64,000 nt of DNA. Source: an uncultured Actinomycetota bacterium (lineage in GTDB: Bacteria; Actinomycetota; Actinomycetes; CAVWCF01). Shown here one piece after another: positions 46,129 to 64,000 of this stretch. The stretch's first letter is position 1; every line of letters begins with the position of its first letter. A program made the position numbers and the translations under genes. The stretch spans positions 1,056,001 to 1,120,000 of the forward strand of contig CAVWCF010000001.1 in NCBI GenBank assembly GCA_963753435.1, given 5' to 3'. The notes under the pieces were generated by a model that saw only the letters and a list, made by a program, of their open reading frames with translations, was not told the origin of the DNA and did not search any database.

Positions 46129-46541
46129 CACCCCTCCTCTCGGCGCACAATGCGGCATTTCATGGGCAGCTTGTGAGCGGCCCTGGTGAGTGCTTCGCGG
46201 GCGGTTACCTCGTCCGGGTAGGACAACTCGAACATCACGCGTCCGGGCTTGACGTTGGCCACCCACCATTCCGGGGAGCCCTTACCCGAACCCATGCGCG
46301 TCTCCGCCGGCTTCTTGGTCAGCGGGCGGTCCGGGTAGATGTTGATCCACACCTTGCCGCCACGGCGGATGTGCCGGGTGATCGCGATACGAGCGGCCTC
46401 GATCTGCCGGTTGGTGACGTAGGCCGCTTCCAGCGCCTGCAAGCCGTACTCGCCGAAGGCGACGGAGTTGCCGCCCTTGGACATGCCCGACCGCTTCGGG
46501 TGGTGCTGCTTACGGTGCTTGACCCTGCGGGGGATCAACAT
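46128..46541 (-). CDS. rplP: 50S ribosomal protein L16
   Basis: [28 protein letters not shown]. Confidence 0.98.
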   Translation of the reverse strand: MLIPRRVKHRKQHHPKRSGMSKGGNSVAFGEYGLQALEAAYVTNRQIEAARIAITRHIRRGGKVWINIYPDRPLTKKPAETRMGSGKGSPEWWVANVKPGRVMFELSYPDEVTAREALTRAAHKLPMKCRIVRREEG

Positions 46542-46544
46542 GGC

Positions 46545-47318
46545 TCAGGCCTCCGATCCGGTCGCAGCGGGCGCCTCAGCGGCACCGACACCGGCGGTTT
46601 CGCGACGCGGACCACGCGGACCGGCGCCACCGCCACGACGCTCACCGCGGGCCGGTCGCCCGGTCGGCAGCTGCACGTCGCGCTCGGCCTTGCCCTGTAG
46701 CACGTCGCCCTTGTAGATCCAGACCTTCACGCCGATCCGGCCGAAGGTGGTGCGGGCCTCGTAGAAGCCGTAGTCGATGTTGGCGCGCAGCGTGTGCAGC
46801 GGGACCCGACCCTCGCGGTAGAACTCGCTGCGGCTCATCTCCGCGCCACCGAGGCGGCCGGAGCACTGGATGCGGATGCCCTTGGCACCGGAGCGCATTG
46901 CGGTCTGCATCGCCTTGCGCATCGCGCGGCGGAACGCGACGCGGGAACTCAACTGCTCCGCAACGCCCTGCGCCACCAGCTGGGCATCGATCTCGGGGTT
47001 CTTGACCTCGAGGATGTTCAGCTGGACCTGCTTGCCGGTCAGCTTCTCCAGGTCGGCGCGGATGCGGTCGGCCTCGGCGCCACGACGGCCGATGACGATG
47101 CCCGGACGCGCCGTGTGCAGGTCCACGCGGACCCGGTCCCGGGTGCGCTCGATCTCGACGCGGGCGATGCCGGCGCGCTCCATGCCCTGCGACAGCAGCT
47201 TGCGGATCGCCACGTCTTCGGCGACATAGTCGGCGTACATCGCGTCGGCGTACCACCGGCTGGTGTGGTCGGTGGTGATGCCGAGGCGGAAGCCGTACGG
47301 ATTGACCTTCTGTCCCAT
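46545..47318 (-). CDS. rpsC: 30S ribosomal protein S3
   Basis: [35 protein letters not shown]. Confidence 0.98.
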   Translation of the reverse strand: MGQKVNPYGFRLGITTDHTSRWYADAMYADYVAEDVAIRKLLSQGMERAGIARVEIERTRDRVRVDLHTARPGIVIGRRGAEADRIRADLEKLTGKQVQLNILEVKNPEIDAQLVAQGVAEQLSSRVAFRRAMRKAMQTAMRSGAKGIRIQCSGRLGGAEMSRSEFYREGRVPLHTLRANIDYGFYEARTTFGRIGVKVWIYKGDVLQGKAERDVQLPTGRPARGERRGGGAGPRGPRRETAGVGAAEAPAATGSEA

Positions 47319-47710
47319 CAGCGGGCCTTCCCTGCGGTTGCCGCCGTGCGGGACTGCACGACAACGGTGATGTGGCTTGTGCGCTTGCGGATGCGAGCGG
47401 CACGGCCTTGCGCCCGGGGCCGGAAGCGGCGCATCGTCGGGCCCTCGTCCACGTAGGCCTGCGAGATCCACAGCGAGCGCGGGTCCAGGTTGTGGTTGGT
47501 CTCCGCGTTGGCGACAGCGCTGGCCAATACCTTGCCGACCGGTTCGCTGGCAGCCTGCGGGGCGAACTTCAGCATCGCCAGGGCCTCATCGGCCTTCATC
47601 CCGCGCACCAGGTCGACAACTCGACGCACCTTGGACGCTGACATGCGCACGTAGCGCGCCTGCGCCAAGGCCTCGTCGATCGCGAGGTGCCTCGCCTTGT
47701 TCTCCGCCAT
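47318..47710 (-). CDS. rplV: 50S ribosomal protein L22
   Basis: [34 protein letters not shown]. Confidence 0.97.
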   Translation of the reverse strand: MAENKARHLAIDEALAQARYVRMSASKVRRVVDLVRGMKADEALAMLKFAPQAASEPVGKVLASAVANAETNHNLDPRSLWISQAYVDEGPTMRRFRPRAQGRAARIRKRTSHITVVVQSRTAATAGKAR

Positions 47711-47745
47711 TTCCTACTCTTTCGTCTTCGCTCTGGCCACGCCGC

Positions 47746-48027
47746 TCAGCGACGCCGAGCCTTGCGGTCGTCTTTGTCGTGACCCCGGAAGGTGCGCGTC
47801 GGGGCGAACTCGCCCAACTTGTGCCCAACCATCGCCTCGGTGACGAACACCGGGACGTGCTTGCGACCGTCGTGCACGGCGATGGTGTGGCCGAGCATCG
47901 CCGGCACGATCATCGAGCGCCTCGACCAGGTCTTGATGACGTTGCGGGTGCCCTGTTCGTTCTGCACGTCCACCTTGGTCATGAGGTGGGCGTCCACGAA
48001 CGGACCCTTCTTCAAGCTGCGCGGCAT
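47746..48027 (-). CDS. rpsS: 30S ribosomal protein S19
   Basis: [28 protein letters not shown]. Confidence 0.98.
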   Translation of the reverse strand: MPRSLKKGPFVDAHLMTKVDVQNEQGTRNVIKTWSRRSMIVPAMLGHTIAVHDGRKHVPVFVTEAMVGHKLGEFAPTRTFRGHDKDDRKARRR

Positions 48028-48039
48028 CTTTCAGACTCC

Positions 48040-48876
<837 letters not shown>

Positions 48877-48892
48877 TAGTTCTCGTCCTCCC

Positions 48893-49195
48893 TCAGCTGA
48901 CCGGTCCGCCGAAGATGTCGATCCGGTCGCCGTCGGCCAGGCTGACCACCGCACGCTTGGTCGACTTGCGCTGGCCCACGCCGAAGCGCGTCCTGCGGGT
49001 CTTGCCCCTGCGGTTCATCGTGTTGACGCTCGTGACGCGCACGCCGAACACCTGCTCAACGGCGATCTTGATCTGCGTCTTGTTGGCGTCTGGCGCCACC
49101 TCGAACGTGTACTTGTTCTCGTCCAGCAGCCCGTAGCTCTTCTCCGACACGATCGGGCGGATCAGCACGTCGCGGGGGTCGGAAACGTTGATCAT
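48893..49195 (-). CDS. rplW: 50S ribosomal protein L23
   Basis: [26 protein letters not shown]. Confidence 0.97.
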   Translation of the reverse strand: MINVSDPRDVLIRPIVSEKSYGLLDENKYTFEVAPDANKTQIKIAVEQVFGVRVTSVNTMNRRGKTRRTRFGVGQRKSTKRAVVSLADGDRIDIFGGPVS

Positions 49196-49872
49196 GCGCC
49201 GGCCTCCTTGCCGTCAGCAGCGGTGGCACGGGCCTTCACTGCGGCCACCGGGCCGTCCAGGAACGCGGCCAGGGCGGTCTCGGTGAACACGACGTCGTCG
49301 CTGACCAGCACGTCATAGGTGTTCAGCTGGTCCGGGGCGATGAGGTGCACCGTCGGCACGTTGCGCAGCGACAGCCAGGCGGTCTGCTCATCGCGGGTGA
49401 GCACGACGAGGACGCGGGACGCCTCGGTTGCGGCGCGCACAGCGGCGATGGCGCTCTTCGTCGACGGGGTGTCGCCGTCGATGAGCGTGTTGATGACGTG
49501 CACCTGGCCGTTGCGGGCGCGGTCCGTGAGCGCGTGCCGCAACGCGGCAGCCTTCATCTTCTTCGGGGTGCGCTGCGCGTAGTCACGCGGCGTCGGCCCG
49601 TGCACAACGCCACCGCCGGCGTACTGCGGTGCGCGGATGGAGCCCTGCCGCGCGCGGCCGGTGCCCTTCTGGCGGTACGGCTTGGCGCCACCGCCAGCGA
49701 CCTCGGCGCGCGTCTTGGTGTCGTGGGTGCCCTGGCGGGCCGCGGCCAACTGGGCCACGACCACCTGGTGCATCAGCGGGACGCTGACGTTCTCCACGCC
49801 GAAGACGTGCTCAGGCAGTTCCACCGTGCCGGCCTTCTTGCCGTCGGCGGACTTGATGTCGATGGTGGGCAT
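49192..49872 (-). CDS. rplD: 50S ribosomal protein L4
   Basis: [28 protein letters not shown]. Confidence 0.98.
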   Translation of the reverse strand: MPTIDIKSADGKKAGTVELPEHVFGVENVSVPLMHQVVVAQLAAARQGTHDTKTRAEVAGGGAKPYRQKGTGRARQGSIRAPQYAGGGVVHGPTPRDYAQRTPKKMKAAALRHALTDRARNGQVHVINTLIDGDTPSTKSAIAAVRAATEASRVLVVLTRDEQTAWLSLRNVPTVHLIAPDQLNTYDVLVSDDVVFTETALAAFLDGPVAAVKARATAADGKEAGA

Positions 49873-49876
49873 CGGG

Positions 49877-50533
49877 TCAGGCCCCCTTCGCTGCGGTCTT
49901 GAGGAGGACGACGCCGCCGACCGGACCCGGAACGGCGCCCTTGAGCAGAACCAGGCCCTGCTCGGCGTCGACGGAGTGCACGGTCAGGTTCTGCACCGTC
50001 TGGCGGTCGTGCCCCATGCGCCCGGCCATTCGCAGGCCCTTGAACACGCGGCCCGGGGTGGCACAGCCACCGATGGAGCCTGGGGAGCGGTGCTTGCGCT
50101 GAACGCCGTGACCGGCGCCCAGACCACTGAAGCCGTGACGCTTCATCACACCGGCGAAGCCCTTGCCCTTGGTGGTGCCGACCACGTCAACGACCTGCCC
50201 GGCCTCGAAGACCTCGGCGGTCAGTTCCTGACCGGCGCTGTACTCACCGGCGTCAGTGGTGCGTAGTTCCACCAGGTGCCGGCGGGGGGTGACGCCGGCC
50301 TTGGTGAAGTGGCCGGATGCCGGCTTGTTCACCTTGCGCGGGTCGATGGCACCGTAGGCGATCTGGACGGCCTCGTAGCCGTCGCGCTCGGGGGTGCGCA
50401 CCTGCGTCACGACGCACGGGCCGGCCTTGACCACGGTCACCGGGACCACGCGGTTGTCCGCGTCCCAGACCTGGGTCATGCCGACCTTCTCGCCGAGAAG
50501 GCCGCGCACCTGCGCCTGCTGCTGCTTGGTCAT
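49877..50533 (-). CDS. rplC: 50S ribosomal protein L3
   Basis: [34 protein letters not shown]. Confidence 0.98.
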   Translation of the reverse strand: MTKQQQAQVRGLLGEKVGMTQVWDADNRVVPVTVVKAGPCVVTQVRTPERDGYEAVQIAYGAIDPRKVNKPASGHFTKAGVTPRRHLVELRTTDAGEYSAGQELTAEVFEAGQVVDVVGTTKGKGFAGVMKRHGFSGLGAGHGVQRKHRSPGSIGGCATPGRVFKGLRMAGRMGHDRQTVQNLTVHSVDAEQGLVLLKGAVPGPVGGVVLLKTAAKGA

Positions 50534-50546
50534 GTTGTGCGCGTCC

Positions 50547-50855
50547 TTAGAGCTTGATCTCGATGTCGACGCCCGCGGGCAGATCCAGCCGCATGAGCGA
50601 GTCGACGGTCTTGGGCGTGGGGTCAAGGATGTCGATCAGCCGCTTGTGCGTGCGCATCTCGAAGTGCTCACGGCTGTCCTTGTACTTGTGCGGAGAACGG
50701 ATGACGCAGTAGATGTTCTTCTCCGTCGGCAGCGGCACCGGACCGGCGATCTGCGCGCCCGTACGGGTCACCGTCTCGACGATCTTGCGCGCCGACGAAT
50801 CGATGACCTCGTGGTCGTAGGCCTTGAGCCTGATGCGGATCTTGTTTGCCGCCAT
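50547..50855 (-). CDS. rpsJ: 30S ribosomal protein S10
   Basis: [42 protein letters not shown]. Confidence 0.98.
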   Translation of the reverse strand: MAANKIRIRLKAYDHEVIDSSARKIVETVTRTGAQIAGPVPLPTEKNIYCVIRSPHKYKDSREHFEMRTHKRLIDILDPTPKTVDSLMRLDLPAGVDIEIKL

Positions 50856-50896
50856 GGTGGCCTTCTGTCCTTACTTCTCGTGCTGCTGTCGGTGGT

Positions 50897-50930
50897 TCGG
50901 TCGGGGGCGGCGCGGGCCGCCCCCGACCGA
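50897..50930. terminator. strong GC hairpin between tuf and rpsJ
   Basis: 15-bp stem tcggtcgggggcggc/gccgcccccgaccga; no U-tract on the mRNA strand. Confidence 0.6.
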
Positions 50931-50936
50931 GGGGTC

Positions 50937-52127
50937 CTACTTGTTGATCTTGATGACTCGCCCGGCACCCACGGTGCGGCCGCCTTCGCGAATTGCGAAG
51001 CGCAGGCCCTCATCCATGGCGATCGGGTTGATCAGCTCGACCTTCATCTCGGTGTTGTCGCCCGGCATCACCATTTCGACGCCTTCGGGCAGGGTCACCA
51101 CGCCGGTCACGTCCGTCGTACGGAAGTAGAACTGCGGGCGGTAGTTGTTGAAGAACGGCGTGTGCCGGCCACCCTCGTCCTTGGACAGGATGTAGACCTG
51201 CGCCTCGAAGTCGGTGTGCGGGGTGGTCGTGCCCGGGTGGCACACAACCTGGCCGCGCTCGACATCCTCACGCTTGGTGCCACGAAGCAGCAGACCGACG
51301 TTCTCACCGGCCTGACCCTCGTCGAGCAGCTTGCGGAACATCTCGACGCCGGTGACCGTGGTCTTGGCCGACTCCTTGATGCCGACGATCTCGACCTCTT
51401 CGTTCACCTTGACGATGCCGCGCTCGATGCGGCCCGTGACCACGGTGCCGCGGCCGGTGATGGTGAAGACGTCCTCGACCGGCATGAGGAACGGCTTGTC
51501 GACCTCGCGCTCGGGGACCGGGATGTAGTCGTCCACGGCCTGCATGAGCTCAAGTACCGACTCGCCCCACTTGGCGTCGCCCTCCAGCGCCTTGAGCGCG
51601 GAGACCCTGACTACCGGAACGTCGTCGCCGGGGAACTCGTACTCGTTGAGCAGCTCACGAACCTCGAGCTCGACGAGCTCCAGCAGTTCCTCGTCGTCGA
51701 CCATGTCGGTCTTGTTCAGCGCCACGACGATGAAGGGCACGCCGACCTGGCGGGCCAGCAGGACGTGCTCCTTGGTCTGCGGCATGGGGCCATCGGTGGC
51801 CGCCACGACCAGGATGGCGCCGTCCATCTGCGCCGCACCGGTGATCATGTTCTTGATGTAGTCGGCGTGGCCGGGGCAGTCGACGTGGGCGTAGTGCTTG
51901 GCCTCGGTCTGGTACTCCACGTGCGCGATGGAGATGGTGATACCGCGCTGACGCTCTTCCGGCGCCTTGTCGATCTCGTCGAAAGGCGTGAACGGGTTGA
52001 GGTCGGGGTACTTGTCGTGCAGCACCTTGGTGATCGCCGCGGTCAGAGTCGTCTTCCCGTGGTCAATGTGCCCGATGGTGCCGATGTTTAGGTGCGGCTT
52101 TGTCCGCTCGAACTTTTCTTTCGCCAC
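50937..52127 (-). CDS. tuf: elongation factor Tu
   Basis: [36 protein letters not shown]; SD AGGAGG. Confidence 0.99.
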   Translation of the reverse strand: MAKEKFERTKPHLNIGTIGHIDHGKTTLTAAITKVLHDKYPDLNPFTPFDEIDKAPEERQRGITISIAHVEYQTEAKHYAHVDCPGHADYIKNMITGAAQMDGAILVVAATDGPMPQTKEHVLLARQVGVPFIVVALNKTDMVDDEELLELVELEVRELLNEYEFPGDDVPVVRVSALKALEGDAKWGESVLELMQAVDDYIPVPEREVDKPFLMPVEDVFTITGRGTVVTGRIERGIVKVNEEVEIVGIKESAKTTVTGVEMFRKLLDEGQAGENVGLLLRGTKREDVERGQVVCHPGTTTPHTDFEAQVYILSKDEGGRHTPFFNNYRPQFYFRTTDVTGVVTLPEGVEMVMPGDNTEMKVELINPIAMDEGLRFAIREGGRTVGAGRVIKINK

Positions 52128-52229
52128 GGTGGGCTCCTCCTGAAATCCCTGTCGATGTCGGTACTGCTGGTGATGCTCCGGATCGGGGTGCTTCACGCCG
52201 TGGCGTTGGTCACACCGACCCGGTGGTCG

Positions 52230-54329
<2,100 letters not shown>

Positions 54330-54377
54330 GGTGCGGCTCTCCTGCTTTCGCTGTCGTGAGGGGCTAGTTGGTCCGGA

Positions 54378-54847
54378 CTACCAGCGGTAGTGCGCGAACG
54401 CCTTGTTGGATTCGGCCATCTTGTGCATGTCCTCGCGGCGCTTGACGCTTGCACCGAGGCCATTGCTGGCGTCGATGAGCTCGTTCATGAGGCGCTCGGA
54501 CATCGTCTTCTCGCGACGGCTGCGGGAGAACCCGACCAGCCAGCGAAGCGCCAAGGTGGTCTGGCGGCCGGCGCGGACCTCGACCGGCACCTGGTAGGTG
54601 GCGCCACCGACGCGGCGGCTGCGCACCTCCAGCGTGGGCTTGACGTTGTCCAGCGCGCGCTTGAGCGTGACGACCGGGTCAGTGCCGGTCTTCTCGCGGC
54701 AGCCTTCCAGGGCGTCGTAGACGATCTGCTGCGCGGTGGAACGCTTGCCGTCACGCAGCACCTTGTTGACCAGCTGGGTCACCAGCGGGCTCTCGTAAAC
54801 CGGGTCGAGCGTCGTCGGACGCTTCGTGGCCGGACCTTTGCGCGGCA

Positions 54848-54848
<1 letters not shown>
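54378..54848 (-). CDS. rpsG: 30S ribosomal protein S7
   Basis: [24 protein letters not shown]. Confidence 0.98.
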
Positions 54849-55222
<374 letters not shown>

Positions 55223-55445
55223 CGCTTCTCCGTGTCCGTCGTTCTCGTTTTCGGTCCAGGCGTCCGCACACACCGTTCCCGGCGTGTCCGTTTCGCCCGT
55301 TTGCTCCGACCCCCGCGTTCGGGTGTGTCGCCCGTTTCCCCGCGTGCGAAGCCGAAACTCCACCGCTGGGGGGTCGTAGCCGGCTGGTGTCACCGCATTC
55401 GCGGGGCACAGCCGAGCACCTGGGTCACCCCAGGCGCGATGGCAA

Positions 55446-55475
55446 AAGGTAGCCGACGTGGGCACCTGAGGTCAA
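55446..55475 (-). promoter_or_regulatory. putative str operon promoter
   Basis: TTGACC-18 bp-TACCTT on the - strand, about 220 nt upstream of rpsL. Confidence 0.6.
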
Positions 55476-55554
55476 AGTCAGGCAGCGGACCTCCCCCGCA
55501 GGCTCAGCGCGAGGGGATCGGAGCGTGCCTGAGCACCGGTGGGAGGGGGCCGGT

Positions 55555-56061
55555 TCAGGCTCCGTTGATCGCCGCTAGCAGGACGATGACCAGGAACAGG
55601 GCCACCCCGACCCCCCAGACGGCGATGTTGATCCACGAGATCCACCTGGAGGCGGTCACCAGGCCCTGACCCTCGACCATCGGCGCACCAGCCCGGATGG
55701 CTTGTTCAGCCTTGTTGGCAAGCACCAGCGCGATGATCGCCGGGATGACCGGGCAAACCGTCCAGGACACCAAGGCCAGCACGAAGGCGACGATGGCGTT
55801 TGTCTCGGTCTTGGGCGCGGGCGGGTACTGACCCGGCTGCCACTGCCCGGGCGCGGCCGGGTAGCCAGCAGGCGGGTATCCGGAGGCCGGCGGCGGGCCG
55901 GGTGGCGGGGCCGGTGGTGCTGGGGTTCCCGGTCCCGGCTGCCCGCCCGCCGCAGGCCAGGCGGGTGGCTGGGCCGGTGGTACCGGGGTTCCCGGCCCCG
56001 GCTGCCCGCCCGTCGGCGAGGGCTCAGGAGTCTCGCCTTGCGGACCTTCTGGCTGACTCAT
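55555..56061 (-). CDS. Pro-rich membrane protein (DUF4190-like)
   Basis: Pro/Gly-rich N-terminus; TNAIVAFVLALVS..IIALVL..A..AI..GQGL..A..I pattern with two hydrophobic segments. Confidence 0.75.
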   Translation of the reverse strand: MSQPEGPQGETPEPSPTGGQPGPGTPVPPAQPPAWPAAGGQPGPGTPAPPAPPPGPPPASGYPPAGYPAAPGQWQPGQYPPAPKTETNAIVAFVLALVSWTVCPVIPAIIALVLANKAEQAIRAGAPMVEGQGLVTASRWISWINIAVWGVGVALFLVIVLLAAINGA

Positions 56062-56897
56062 CAGGTGTCTCGCAGGGGACGACCTTGGGCGTCCGTGGTG
56101 ATCCCGGAGCCCACCAGGATCAGGATTCCCTCGATGAAGCCCCAGACGGCGCCAAGACCCAGAGTCACGATCGTCACGATGATTTGGACGACCCCGATGC
56201 CGGTGTACCCCAGGTAGAAGCGGTGGATCCCGAAACCACCCAACAGGATCCCCAGGACGCCGGCCACGATCTTGCTCTTGGCGGCGGGGTCAGCGATCGG
56301 ATAGCCGGCTGGGTAGCCAGGTAGCGGTTGCTGGTAGCCGCCGGGGGGCGGTGGTGCCTGGCCGTACCCAGGCGGGGGCGGTGGTGCTTGGCCGTACCCG
56401 GGAGGAGGTGCCTGACCCGGCGGGGGCGGCGGTACTTGGCCATACCCGGGCGGAGGTGCCTGAGCAGCAGGTGGCGGCGGGACGGGTGGCTGGGCCGGTG
56501 GTTCTGGGGTTTCCGGCTCCAGCCGCGCGTCCGGCGGCGGCGGTCCGGCAGGGGACGGAGGCGCGGCGGGTGGCTGGGCCGGTGCTGCTGCCTGCGGCGG
56601 TACGGCAGGCGACGGCGGCGCGGCGGGTGGCTGGGCCGGTGCTGCTGCCTGCGGCGGTACGGCAGGCGACGGCGGCGCGGCGGGTGGCTGGGCCGGTGGT
56701 TCTGGGGTTTCCGGCTCCAGCCGCGCGTCCGCCGACGTCTGTGGCGGCCCGGCGGGTGGCTGGGCCGGTGGTTCTGGGGTTTCCGGCTCCAGCCGATCTT
56801 CCGGCGGCGGTGCCGGAACTGCCCCTGGGGGCGGGGGACCGCCAGGAACGATCGTCGGCGTTGGCTCGGCGGACTCAGGTTGCTGCTGGTCGCTCAT
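56061..56897 (-). CDS. Pro-rich repeat protein with C-terminal TM2 domain
   Basis: KSKIVAGVLGILLGGFGIHRFYLG TM2 signature; GGAGG SD; stop overlaps the next start (TGATG). Confidence 0.85.
   Translation of the reverse strand: MSDQQQPESAEPTPTIVPGGPPPPGAVPAPPPEDRLEPETPEPPAQPPAGPPQTSADARLEPETPEPPAQPPAAPPSPAVPPQAAAPAQPPAAPPSPAVPPQAAAPAQPPAAPPSPAGPPPPDARLEPETPEPPAQPPVPPPPAAQAPPPGYGQVPPPPPGQAPPPGYGQAPPPPPGYGQAPPPPGGYQQPLPGYPAGYPIADPAAKSKIVAGVLGILLGGFGIHRFYLGYTGIGVVQIIVTIVTLGLGAVWGFIEGILILVGSGITTDAQGRPLRDT
56483..56795. repeat. intragenic repeats: 43-bp block x3 (56483, 56681, 56753) and a 57-bp tandem of about 2.4 copies (56561-56698)
   Basis: Nucleotide-identical copies encoding RLEPETPEPPAQPP and AQPPAAPPSPAVPPQAAAP. 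Confidence 0.9.
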
Positions 56898-57034
56898 TGG
56901 GCACCTCCACGCTCACCCTAGGGATCCCAAGCCGTCAGCCCTAGCCCGCGCGCCCGCGTTTCTTCTCGGCCTACCGACCCGCACCCGGCAACTGCCTGGC
57001 CGTTGCGCAACTTCTGGCCCGAGAAGCATCCGCG

Positions 57035-57110
57035 CGGGGTGCACTTCGGACCCGGGGTTGCACTGCGGGACCGGGGTTGCGCCCCGGAATCGGGGGTTGC
57101 GCTTCCAGAC
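57035..57110. repeat. degenerate ~19-bp tandem repeat x4, core CGGGG(T)TGCRC
   Basis: cggggtgcacttcggacc / cggggttgcactgcgggac / cggggttgcgccccggaat / cgggggttgcgcttccagac. Confidence 0.7.
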
Positions 57111-57163
57111 CGAAGACACAGCCGGAAACGGCGGCCCCACCAAGCGGGACGGGCAAGGCATGC

Positions 57164-57195
57164 GAGAGGGGCGGCCCATCGGGGCCGCCCCTCTC
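57164..57195 (-). terminator. terminator-like hairpin after rpoC
   Basis: 14-bp stem gagaggggcggccc/gggccgcccctctc with 4-nt loop, 35 nt after the rpoC stop. Confidence 0.75.
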
Positions 57196-57230
57196 ACTCA
57201 ACTGCAGCAGCGCGTCGCGCTGCGTCCAAA

Positions 57231-61115
<3,885 letters not shown>

Positions 61116-61190
61116 GGTGCCCTCTTCCTGTCTATTCGTGTCGGGTGGTCTTCAGTGGTGCGGAGGTGGTCAGCGGCTACGCCGCGACCG

Positions 61191-64000
<2,810 letters not shown>

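Overview
High-GC actinobacterial core-genome segment. The + strand carries the 3' part of a group 3b-type [NiFe]-hydrogenase large subunit gene followed by its maturation genes (protease, hypF, hypC, hypD, hypE). Nearly everything else is on the - strand: rpoB (partial)-rpoC, two Pro-rich membrane protein genes, the str, S10, spc and alpha ribosomal protein operons, truA-rplM-rpsI-glmM-glmS-acpS-nnr-alr-tsaE/B/rimI/tsaD, groES-groEL1 with two CIRCE elements, a whiB3/whiD-bldM regulatory locus, and guaB-guaB3-glpD-aldehyde dehydrogenase-choD-guaA-SDR. No rRNA, tRNA, CRISPR array or mobile element was seen. The best candidate for an undescribed system is a CarH/LitR-like MerR plus cobalamin-binding regulator divergent from whiB3/whiD. 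CarH-type 11-bp repeats cover the -35 box of the whiB3 promoter, and the downstream bldM-like gene has a sigma28 (WhiG/FliA)-like leaderless promoter. Also notable are two leader hairpins that mimic the S8-binding site of 16S rRNA, a pseudoknot upstream of rpsM and an apparent 1-bp frameshift in the rplQ tail. All calls come from reading the sequence and recalling family motifs; no searches were run.
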